Of a DNA stretch of 40,505 nt, positions 29,216-36,952 are shown piece by piece. Each line of letters starts with the position of its first letter. The first letter of the stretch is position 1. This stretch comes from Candidatus Latescibacterota bacterium (GTDB lineage: Bacteria > Latescibacterota > UBA2968 > UBA8231). The translations under genes were made by a program, and so were the position numbers. The stretch is taken from assembly GCA_965219385.1 (NCBI GenBank), contig CBDCNM010000001.1:1290631-1331135 (forward strand), in the 5' to 3' direction. Under the pieces are notes generated by a model. That model saw only the letters and a list, made by a program, of their open reading frames with translations, had not been told where the DNA came from and searched no databases.

Positions 29216-30232
29216 TCAATCCTCGGTGAGCAACCAGCCCGCGACCTTTTTATCGCGGGGTTGAGCATCCAGGAGAAAATGCTCGGGATCCACATACCCC
29301 TTGTACCTGCCCTTGCTGCTATCCTGATACCGCACGGCATAGTGCAGATGCGGTCCGGTCGAACGCCCGGTATTGCCCATAGTCCCGATCTTCTGCCACC
29401 GCCTTACGCGGTCGCCCTTCTTCACCAGCACCTTCTCCAGATGACCGTACTCGGTGCGATAAACCCCCTTCTTGCTGTACTCATCGCCATTTTCATCCTC
29501 TCCCAGGATATCGTGCTCGATGGCGATAACGTTGCCCAGACGGCGGTCAAAATAGGCGTGGAGGACTATGCCGTCAGCCGTGGCGACAATCGGAGTGCCC
29601 TTGCGACCGGCAAAATCAACACCGGTGTGAAAGGCCTTTCTGCCGGTGAAGGGATCGTTGCGATTGCCGAATGGAGAGGACTGCCAGAACTGCTGTCGGG
29701 GCGCCGGAAAAATGGTGGGGATGTGCCTGAGGCTGTCTCCGCTGGCGAGGAACTTTTGCGTGATCCGCGCAAAACTCGCCTCCTGATATTTTGCTTCCAG
29801 CTGCAAACGTTCGATCTTGAAGTTCAGCTTCTCCAGCACCCTGCGCTTGTGCAAAGGCAAGTTGGCAAGAGCCGTATCCTGCAGGAATTCAGCCCCCCCT
29901 ACTCCCAGCGGCCGGTCGGGCTCCATCTCATGCCAGAACCTCAGTTTCTCGTCGACCTCCACCAGGTCATCCATGGTTTCTCCCAGCTGCGCAACCTGTC
30001 TTTGGGTCAACTCTAAATTGCGCATCAACTCCGCGTTTTCCAACTCCAGCCTTTCCAGGGAATATTGCTGATCCGCTTGTTGGTAATAGCCGACAGCATA
30101 GTAGGAAAAAGCACTGAAAAAAAACAGACATACCAGTCCGACCATCCATACCATCCATTGCGGAAAACGGTATTCTCGAACCTGTCCATTGTCGAGGGGA
30201 ACGAGTATGAAGGTTATCTGCTTTTTGAGCAT
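29216..30232 (-). CDS. M23 family metallopeptidase with N-terminal TM helix and coiled coil
   Basis: FHTGVDF, YGHL, GNTGRSTGPHLHY. ATG 30232 preferred as start. Confidence 0.92.
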   Translation of the reverse strand: MLKKQITFILVPLDNGQVREYRFPQWMVWMVGLVCLFFFSAFSYYAVGYYQQADQQYSLERLELENAELMRNLELTQRQVAQLGETMDDLVEVDEKLRFWHEMEPDRPLGVGGAEFLQDTALANLPLHKRRVLEKLNFKIERLQLEAKYQEASFARITQKFLASGDSLRHIPTIFPAPRQQFWQSSPFGNRNDPFTGRKAFHTGVDFAGRKGTPIVATADGIVLHAYFDRRLGNVIAIEHDILGEDENGDEYSKKGVYRTEYGHLEKVLVKKGDRVRRWQKIGTMGNTGRSTGPHLHYAVRYQDSSKGRYKGYVDPEHFLLDAQPRDKKVAGWLLTED

Positions 30233-30340
30233 TTTTTCTTTTTTACGAAAATCTCGCAGAATGCCCCGTCCTGTGAGCGGGGATGAATGCGGGCGGTGTA
30301 GGGCTTTAGAAATCGCGGTGGCGGAGCCACGAGTCGGGAG

Positions 30341-30364
30341 AAAAGCCCCGGCCAAAGGCCGGGG
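30341..30364 (-). terminator. Terminator-like hairpin upstream of the M23 gene
   Basis: Minus strand CCCCGGCC-TTT-GGCCGGGG-CTTTT. Confidence 0.5.
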
Positions 30365-30518
30365 ATCGTCCGATCCGAGCGATTTCTTTACTCCTGGAAA
30401 AGGCTCGAATAATCACACCGACTGGCAGGTGAAAACCCTGAAACCACAGTACTTGCCGCCGAGACCAGAGACTCCCTATCGTCCATTCTCAAATACAGCA
30501 GCAAAATTGCCACCTTAG

Positions 30519-30585
30519 AATTTACAAACAGATCGCCCCTCCCGCAAGAGGTCCTATTGACGCCGGCCCCTCTTTAAACTATATG
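30519..30585. promoter_or_regulatory. Candidate divergent sigma70 promoters
   Basis: Minus: TTGCGG-N17-TAAATT (30547-30519). Plus: TTGACG-N17-TATATG (30557-30585). Confidence 0.4.
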
Positions 30586-30634
30586 TTGGAATCAGAAAAC
30601 CTACATCCTCATATGATATGCAAAGGAAAACTCT

Positions 30635-32476
30635 ATGCTTAATACATGCAGGTTATTTTGCTTTATCGGGCTTCTGGCCGGCCATTCACTGGCTACTCAA
30701 GCCCCATCCCTCGATCAAGAGTTCAATGATATACTCTGGAATACCGCTCGCCACATCGACTATTACTACATCGAGAAGGTTTCGCCCGACACTCTGTTCC
30801 AGGCTGGTGCCAGAGGACTCTTCCGCGCCCTCGATCCGGATTCTGATTACACCTTGTCCTCCGGGGATACAGGTCTGACCCAACATTTCACGACTCTCCT
30901 GCAAATCGCCCGGACCATCGACGCCAACGCACTCTACCCGGTCGGAGCGGATACCCTGATTCGCTTCGGCCTCGCCGGCATGCTGGAAACCCTCGATCCC
31001 TACACTGTCTTCATGGAAAAACGCTACCTCGACTCCTTTAATATCCACACCAAGGGCCACTACGGGGGCCTGGGCTTCAAAATCCAAACCGTTTACCCCG
31101 ACAGCGCCATAGCTGTATGGTCGCTGTTGCACTCCGACACCCCGGCGGCCCGGGCGGGCGTCAAATCAGGCGACCTCATCATCGCCATCGACGACAGCAG
31201 CACCAAGTACATGTCCGTTGGCGATGCCGCCGACCTGATGCGCGGTGAACCCGGTACCTCTGTGACTTTGACCCTGGAACGGGCAGGCGCATCCCAGCCT
31301 ATTAAAAAAACCATCACCCGCGAGCGGGTGCAGATGAACAGCGTGGCCTACCACACCCTGTTTCCCGACTCTACCGGCTATATCAAACTGACTGGCTTTC
31401 AATACAAAAAGAGCAGCCAGGAGGTGCGGCAGGCGCTCACAGGCCTCCTGAGCCGGGAGGTGAAGCGATTGATCTTTGATCTGCGCGGCAACAGCGGTGG
31501 CTACCTCCAGGAAGCCGTAGAGATCGTCGATTTGTTCCTCCCCAAAGACAGACTCGTGGTCTTTACCGCCGGACGCGCCTACCCAGACACGGTCTGGCAC
31601 ATTACCAAAGAAGACGCCCTGATAGGGGATACCCCCCTCGTCGTCCTGGTAGACCATGAGTCGGCCAGCGCCTCGGAAATTGTCGCCGGCGCCGTTCAAG
31701 ATTGGGACCGGGGGCTGGTACTCGGCATGCCCACGGTGGGCAAGGGGTCGGTGCAACAGCCCTTCCGCATTGGCGACAAAGCCGAACTGAAACTGACCAT
31801 AGCAGCCTATTTCACTCCCAGTGGCCGCTCCATTGACAAGCGCATGCGCAAAGACTCCACCCTCGTGGACAGTCCCGATAAGCCCTATTACACCCAGACC
31901 CTGGGACGGATCGTTCACGGCGGCGGCGGCATCACCCCCGATGTACACATGGAGGGCCGCAAAGCCACGCCTCTGTACTATCAGCTCCGGGGCTGGCGCC
32001 GCAGCAAAGACGCCAGGTTCTTCCATTTTACCCGGCAGCAGCCGGTTCTGCATCCAGATCTTAAACCGGACTTTCGCGCCGACCAGAAGACCCTGCGCGC
32101 ATTTCGCAAGTTTGTCGAGGAACGGGGCTTCGAGTACATCAGCGAAGCCGAAGCTCATCTGGACGAACTGGAGAAGATAGCCCATCAGGACGAGTACAAA
32201 AAGCTTGAAAAGACGGTCAATCGCCTGAAGAAAGAAATCGACAAAGTGGAAGAACAACACTGGAAAGACAACGAGGAACTCATCCTGTGGAAACTCACCT
32301 TCGACATCCTGGAGAAAGTCCACGGCACCACCGCTGCAGAAGCCTACAACGCCACGGTTGATCCGGTGCTGGCCCGGGCCCGCGCCATCCTGGCGGATCC
32401 ACAAGCTTATGAGGAGTGGTTCAAAAAACCCAAGATCGGCCTGCAAGAGGATCAAACGGCCACCGACTCACCTTAG
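30635..32476 (+). CDS. S41A C-terminal processing peptidase (CtpA-like)
   Basis: Signal peptide, PDZ (YGGLG, TPAARAGVKSGD), DLRGNSGG, SASASEIVAG, TVGKGSVQ. Confidence 0.93.
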   Translation: MLNTCRLFCFIGLLAGHSLATQAPSLDQEFNDILWNTARHIDYYYIEKVSPDTLFQAGARGLFRALDPDSDYTLSSGDTGLTQHFTTLLQIARTIDANALYPVGADTLIRFGLAGMLETLDPYTVFMEKRYLDSFNIHTKGHYGGLGFKIQTVYPDSAIAVWSLLHSDTPAARAGVKSGDLIIAIDDSSTKYMSVGDAADLMRGEPGTSVTLTLERAGASQPIKKTITRERVQMNSVAYHTLFPDSTGYIKLTGFQYKKSSQEVRQALTGLLSREVKRLIFDLRGNSGGYLQEAVEIVDLFLPKDRLVVFTAGRAYPDTVWHITKEDALIGDTPLVVLVDHESASASEIVAGAVQDWDRGLVLGMPTVGKGSVQQPFRIGDKAELKLTIAAYFTPSGRSIDKRMRKDSTLVDSPDKPYYTQTLGRIVHGGGGITPDVHMEGRKATPLYYQLRGWRRSKDARFFHFTRQQPVLHPDLKPDFRADQKTLRAFRKFVEERGFEYISEAEAHLDELEKIAHQDEYKKLEKTVNRLKKEIDKVEEQHWKDNEELILWKLTFDILEKVHGTTAAEAYNATVDPVLARARAILADPQAYEEWFKKPKIGLQEDQTATDSP

Positions 32477-33923
32477 CTCGACTTTATCCATTTATGTAGC
32501 GTACGAGACGGTGTGTATCAAGCGGTTGAGTAGGCTTCGAGGGATTTTTATCAGGTCGTGTTGGTTGGGCAGGTTGGAAAAAGCCTGCCAGAGCCGTTGT
32601 CGGACCCAGGCCACGGCATCGGAAAAGGTGGGTTTTCGTTTGCCATACCAGGCCGTGGCATGGCAGGGGGAGGCGCTTTTGGGGGCCAGCCGATTGGCGA
32701 TGAGGGCGACCAGACTAAACAAGGCCAAGATGACCGGCGTGGTCCGGGCAATGGCCCGCTCATTCCATTGGCGTTGGGTTTCCATGCCCAGATGGGCGCG
32801 GGCTTCCTCAAAGGTAGTTTCTACCGACCAGCGTTGGAGAAAATAGGTCAGCATTTGCCGAGGGGACAGACGCACATCGGTCGAGAGCAAGGCTTGGGGC
32901 GCGAAGCGGCCGGCCGGGTCTCGGATCAGCAGCCAGCGGAGGGGCACGGCGGGCAAGCCAGTGTGATACCACAGCGCCGTTTGGCTGTAGGTTTCCACTG
33001 TATAGGGGCCGGCGGCATACCACCGGTCCAGGGTGAGGGGGTGCCAAGGGGTAGTCGGATCGTTCAGGTGCTGCTGGAGGGTGGGCTGCCGGGCGCCTTT
33101 GCCGCGGGGGCGTCCCCGCGTGTGCGGCGTGCGGGTTGGTGGTGGGTCATACAGGGCCGCATCCAACCGCAAGCGGGTAATCAGCCCCACGTGGGGCCGA
33201 ACCGCGTCGAGAAAGGCCAAGGCGGAGAAGGTGCTATCGGCGACCACGACCAGCCGGCGGGTGGGCAGCCAGCGCGCTACCAGCTTGAGCATAGTCTGCC
33301 CCCGTTGCAACAGGGTGAGGGGGGTGCGCTGGCGCTGAGTATAGTAGCGGGCCGACGGACACAGCACACTCATAAAGGGTAAGGCCCAACTTCGATCCGC
33401 CCAAGGGATAGGCGCTACCAGCATCAACGACAGCCAGCGCAAGCCGCTAGCCTTGACCAGGTGGGGCCCACTCGAGCGGACGGGATCCCGGTAGATGCCT
33501 CGGGCCCCAATCTGGGCGCCCCGGCGCCGCTCGATGGTCTCATCCAGGCCCAGGACCAGGGGCCCGTGGGGGGCAAAGGCGGCCACCAACGCCTGGAGGA
33601 GTAGCTTACTGCCGGCCAGGGGCGACCACACACAGCGGTTGAGGATCCGGTGGTAGGTTTGAAAGGTAGGCTGTTGGCTCAAGCCCAACACCTCCAACAC
33701 GGCGCTGACCGTGCGTTTACCCGGGGCTAACAGCGCCCCGACCAACAGCGTCTGAGCCTGCGGCCAAACGCGGCTCGAAAAAAGGGGGGCAAAGGGCGAC
33801 AAAATCGTTATTATATCTTTCGGCAGGGGGCTCATCGGTTTCTCCTGGGCTGTCGATGCTTGGATACCATCAACAGTACGGAGGATACCGGCCTCCTGCC
33901 ATGCGCGTTTGGATAAAATCGAG
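32477..33923 (-). mobile_element. IS701-like DDE element copy 1, 1447 bp
   Basis: TIRs CTCGACTTTATCCA / TGGATAAAATCGAG; CTTAG on both sides (32472-32476, 33924-33928). Confidence 0.92.
32492..33835 (-). CDS. IS701-like (DDE_5) transposase, 447 aa; extendable to ATG 33955
   Basis: LGLDET, VVADST, QRWSVETTFEEAR; same protein as 37041-38384. Confidence 0.9.
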   Translation of the reverse strand: MSPLPKDIITILSPFAPLFSSRVWPQAQTLLVGALLAPGKRTVSAVLEVLGLSQQPTFQTYHRILNRCVWSPLAGSKLLLQALVAAFAPHGPLVLGLDETIERRRGAQIGARGIYRDPVRSSGPHLVKASGLRWLSLMLVAPIPWADRSWALPFMSVLCPSARYYTQRQRTPLTLLQRGQTMLKLVARWLPTRRLVVVADSTFSALAFLDAVRPHVGLITRLRLDAALYDPPPTRTPHTRGRPRGKGARQPTLQQHLNDPTTPWHPLTLDRWYAAGPYTVETYSQTALWYHTGLPAVPLRWLLIRDPAGRFAPQALLSTDVRLSPRQMLTYFLQRWSVETTFEEARAHLGMETQRQWNERAIARTTPVILALFSLVALIANRLAPKSASPCHATAWYGKRKPTFSDAVAWVRQRLWQAFSNLPNQHDLIKIPRSLLNRLIHTVSYAT

Positions 33924-33927
33924 CTTA

Positions 33928-34857
33928 GAAGCCGTCTGAAAACTCTAATTTTCATTTGATTCGTTTAAGTAGCAAGTGGATCATGGCAATCTGGATCAAG
34001 GCTTCACTATGGCGGGTCAAGACCTCATAATCTCGGGCATGTCGGCGAAAATTCATCAACCACGCAAACGTGCGCTCGACGACCCACCGGCGTTTAACTA
34101 CGGTAAATCCGGAGCCTTGTTTGGCGACGACTTCCAAGTCTATTTTGTGCGTCTTTTTTTGGTTGGCCACCCACGTTCGGATGGCCTCGCCTTGGTAGCC
34201 GCCATCAACCCACAGCTTGCGTAACCGAGCCACGCCGGCGGCCTTCAAGCGGGTCAACACCTGCTTCAAACCCTCTCGATCCTCGACATCGGCGGCGGTG
34301 ACCACCACCTGTCGAAGCAAACCCGACGGGTCCACCAACAGATGCCGTTTGCGGCCTTTGATCTTTTTGCCGGCGTCATAACCGGTTGTTTTACCATGCG
34401 TTGCGGTCTTAATCGTCTGACTATCGACTACGCCAGCCGACGGCATCGCAGCCCGGCCGCTCTGGCGGCGCTCCCTCTTGGTCAGCCGATCCAACACCAG
34501 CGGCCAGACCCCTTGCAGGCTCCAGCGACGAAAGTAATCATACACCGTTTTCCACGGCCCAAAACAAGCAGGCAACAACGCCCAAGGACACCCCGTCTTG
34601 TTCAAATACAAAAGGCCGTTGACAAGCTGGCGTCGATCCCGCGGCGGCCGACCCGGACCGTGAAGCCGCCAGCGCGGCGCGGGCAGCAACGGTTCGATCC
34701 GCTGCCATTGTGCATCGGTTAGATCGGTGGCATATTGCATACGCGGTGTACTCATCATACAAGCCTTTCTGTTCAGAGTTTGTGGTGAAACCTGAATATG
34801 GCTCGATGAGTACGCCCGTTCAAATGCGGCTACATCAGAGGGTTTTCAGACGGCTTC
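33928..34857 (-). mobile_element. IS5-family element isoform B copy 1, 930 bp
   Basis: TIR GAAGCCGTCTGAAAAC at both ends; flanks TTA and TGA do not match. Confidence 0.93.
33952..34758 (-). CDS. IS5-family transposase
   Basis: 268 aa; VDSQT, WVDGGY, RWVVERTFAW. Confidence 0.94.
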   Translation of the reverse strand: MMSTPRMQYATDLTDAQWQRIEPLLPAPRWRLHGPGRPPRDRRQLVNGLLYLNKTGCPWALLPACFGPWKTVYDYFRRWSLQGVWPLVLDRLTKRERRQSGRAAMPSAGVVDSQTIKTATHGKTTGYDAGKKIKGRKRHLLVDPSGLLRQVVVTAADVEDREGLKQVLTRLKAAGVARLRKLWVDGGYQGEAIRTWVANQKKTHKIDLEVVAKQGSGFTVVKRRWVVERTFAWLMNFRRHARDYEVLTRHSEALIQIAMIHLLLKRIK

Positions 34858-34886
34858 TGAGACGGTGCATTGTTTTGCTCAGTCAT
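34858..34886 (-). pseudogene. 5' stub of a third cassette gene cut by the IS5 element
   Basis: GAGGT-N4-ATG then MTEQNNAPS, running into the IS5 TIR. Confidence 0.5.
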
Positions 34887-34954
34887 GTTTACCTCACTTG
34901 AGAAACCATATAAATTCTTTGCAATGATCAGCTGATGAGGCGGCCTTTATAGCG

Positions 34955-35035
34955 GCCCAACGTTTCAGTGCCCCCGAACCGCGTAGCGGTTGGGCGGAGG
35001 GCCGTATGCCCGAAGCCGGGGGCACGGTGTTAAGC
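34955..35035 (-). repeat. attC-like site 1 (81 bp)
   Basis: GCTTAAC-ACC-GTGCCCCCG...CGGGGGCAC-TGAAAC-GTTGGGC; the upstream gene's TAA lies inside the RYYYAAC box. Confidence 0.75.
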
Positions 35036-35488
35036 GCTGGTGCAGCTTCGTGGAGTCATTCCCGTACGATTTTTCAGCTGACTTCCCTCCTGGCATAGGT
35101 CATGGGCAATCATATTCCATTTGGAAAATTCGCACTCATCATCTTCGTTCTCCTCTCCATAATGAATAAATACTACATCCTTCAATTCTTGGTCCTCGAC
35201 GACTTTTCTTGCGCGAATTACCCCTTCACGAAGACACGCGTGATGCACCTTCCACCACCCGTTGATGTAGTAAGCTGTCCAGAGATAGTCGGATACAATT
35301 GTGACCCTTTCCCCCAAGACGGTGTTTTCCAGACCTAGAATGACTCCGTCGAGTTCGGCGACGACGCTGTTGGAGTTGATTTCTCGCCGGCCCGTACGGT
35401 ACTCCTCAATGCAAGGACGGACAATCGCGGCTGCAAACCTGCCCCCTCCACCTCCATCCGTGAAAATCCACGTCCGGCCTGGTTCCAT
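35030..35488 (-). CDS. RNase H-like protein (cassette ORF)
   Basis: WIFTDGG, NSVVAELDGVILGL, IVSDYLW, WNMIAHDLC. Alternative start at ATG 35587. Confidence 0.75.
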   Translation of the reverse strand: MEPGRTWIFTDGGGGGRFAAAIVRPCIEEYRTGRREINSNSVVAELDGVILGLENTVLGERVTIVSDYLWTAYYINGWWKVHHACLREGVIRARKVVEDQELKDVVFIHYGEENEDDECEFSKWNMIAHDLCQEGSQLKNRTGMTPRSCTSA

Positions 35489-35659
35489 TGAATTGTTGCG
35501 ACGTAATCGAATGGGCCACTTTCGTCCTTCACGCTCTGCCGTCAATGGTCTTGTTGTCTCGACTTGAAAAGGAAATTTATCACCCATTTTTTTATCAATT
35601 CCTGGACGTAGCAAGTGCCTCTCAGGAGTTTCGATCACGCACTTGCGCTTAATGAGGCG

Positions 35660-35747
35660 GCCCAACGTTTTCAAGTTGCCGAACCGGCGTAGCCGGTTGG
35701 TGAAACCCAAGGCGCGAATGCGCCGCAGCGGCAACTGGGTGTTACAC
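35660..35747 (-). repeat. attC-like site 2 (88 bp)
   Basis: GTGTAAC-ACCC-AGTTGCCG...CGGCAACT-TGAAAAC-GTTGGGC, with the same internal AACCG..CTACGC..CGGTT hairpin as site 1. Confidence 0.72.
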
Positions 35748-35806
35748 GATGGCTACTTTTTCCACCATAGATTCATCGTCCGTGTTGATCCGTTTTCTTG
35801 ACTCCG

Positions 35807-36859
35807 CTATTGTTTCAGCCCGTACTGGCAGATGGCCTGCTCCACGGACTCACACCATGCCACAAGAGAATCCACTTCGGCGTCCGTCAGCTTTCGTGTG
35901 ATCTGACATCTGAGGTCTCGACCCGCCTGCTCGAAGAGTCCCGTAGACTCGGCCTGTTCCCAGAGAGCCTGGATAACATTCTCGGGCACCGCGGTCTTCC
36001 CCATGAACCTCGCGTCACGTAACGCCGTGTAGACGGTTTGCTTATACACAGAATAGAGCGGGTATCCCCACAGGAATCCAACGTAGATTCCGTTGAGGTC
36101 GGCATTCAGGGAACACCCCCTGGTTCTCCAACGTACAGGCACGGACTTTTTCCTGGCCCATTCGAGAATGCGGGAAAAGACGGCTCTACCATTCTCGTCG
36201 CATGAAGCAAGGAATGCTTCTTCAGTGACGACAGGCAGAGAGCCAGAAGAGCTTGGTGTAAGCTTGCCGACCTCCTTGCCGATCACAGTCTCCTGGGATA
36301 GTAGACGATCGCCTCCTCCATCAGTCTGAAAAAAGGTAAATTCAACGCATGTGACTCGGACACCTTTCGAGCACAGGAACAAGGCCGTCTGTCGGATCTC
36401 AGGGGTGATGCGTTGCCCAATGAGGACGATCCGTTGATCCTTATTGAACGCCACGGCCTCAGCCGCGCCCAACTCGAAATATGCCCGGTGGTATTCGGCC
36501 AGGCTGAGTGACTCGTCGTTCAGGTAAGAACGAAGAATGACTTCGAGGCCGCCAGTGTCGAGTCGCTCGATGAAGGATGCGTACTCAAGGGACTGAGCGA
36601 TGGTATCCCGAGGGGTGCGATCTCGCTTCAATTCAATGATGACCACATTTCCTTGGTGGTCCACGCCGAGTAAGTCGATGAATCCTCCCAAGTTTGTAGA
36701 GACCTGCCGTCCGATAATCAGGATGCCACCATCTTCCAGAATTCCGTCTGGGTTGGACTCAAGCCACTTCTCGAGCACGGACTCTTCGTGATCGACTTGG
36801 TAAGGCGACTGAACATACTCGACGAACGTATTGTCAGGTTGTATCTTGAAGACTCTCAT
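35807..36859 (-). CDS. NucS/DUF91-like PD-(D/E)XK endonuclease domain protein (cassette ORF)
   Basis: ESVLEKWLESNP, IIGRQV, IDLLGVD, IIELKR, AQSLEY; C-terminal domain not recognised. Confidence 0.82.
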   Translation of the reverse strand: MRVFKIQPDNTFVEYVQSPYQVDHEESVLEKWLESNPDGILEDGGILIIGRQVSTNLGGFIDLLGVDHQGNVVIIELKRDRTPRDTIAQSLEYASFIERLDTGGLEVILRSYLNDESLSLAEYHRAYFELGAAEAVAFNKDQRIVLIGQRITPEIRQTALFLCSKGVRVTCVEFTFFQTDGGGDRLLSQETVIGKEVGKLTPSSSGSLPVVTEEAFLASCDENGRAVFSRILEWARKKSVPVRWRTRGCSLNADLNGIYVGFLWGYPLYSVYKQTVYTALRDARFMGKTAVPENVIQALWEQAESTGLFEQAGRDLRCQITRKLTDAEVDSLVAWCESVEQAICQYGLKQ

Positions 36860-36952
36860 ACCTTTTTTCTTTCAGCCTGAATGTTCAGTGGTGTGACCTC
36901 ATCCAAAGTGATTCCGAGAATAAGATGATTCAGACAATGTCAAGGTTCTTAG

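Noticed and set aside
9517..32455. Long antisense ORFs (9517-10341, 10551-11771, 22555-23463, 31166-32455 and others)
   Set aside because: Shadows of GC-rich genes on the opposite strand.
35030..35734. 234-aa version of the RNase H-like ORF, or a retron/RT system
   Set aside because: The extension runs through attC-like site 2, and no reverse transcriptase is present.
34955..35747. CRISPR array or ordinary terminators
   Set aside because: Only two divergent repeats, 705 bp apart, with no U-tract and with attC-type core boxes.
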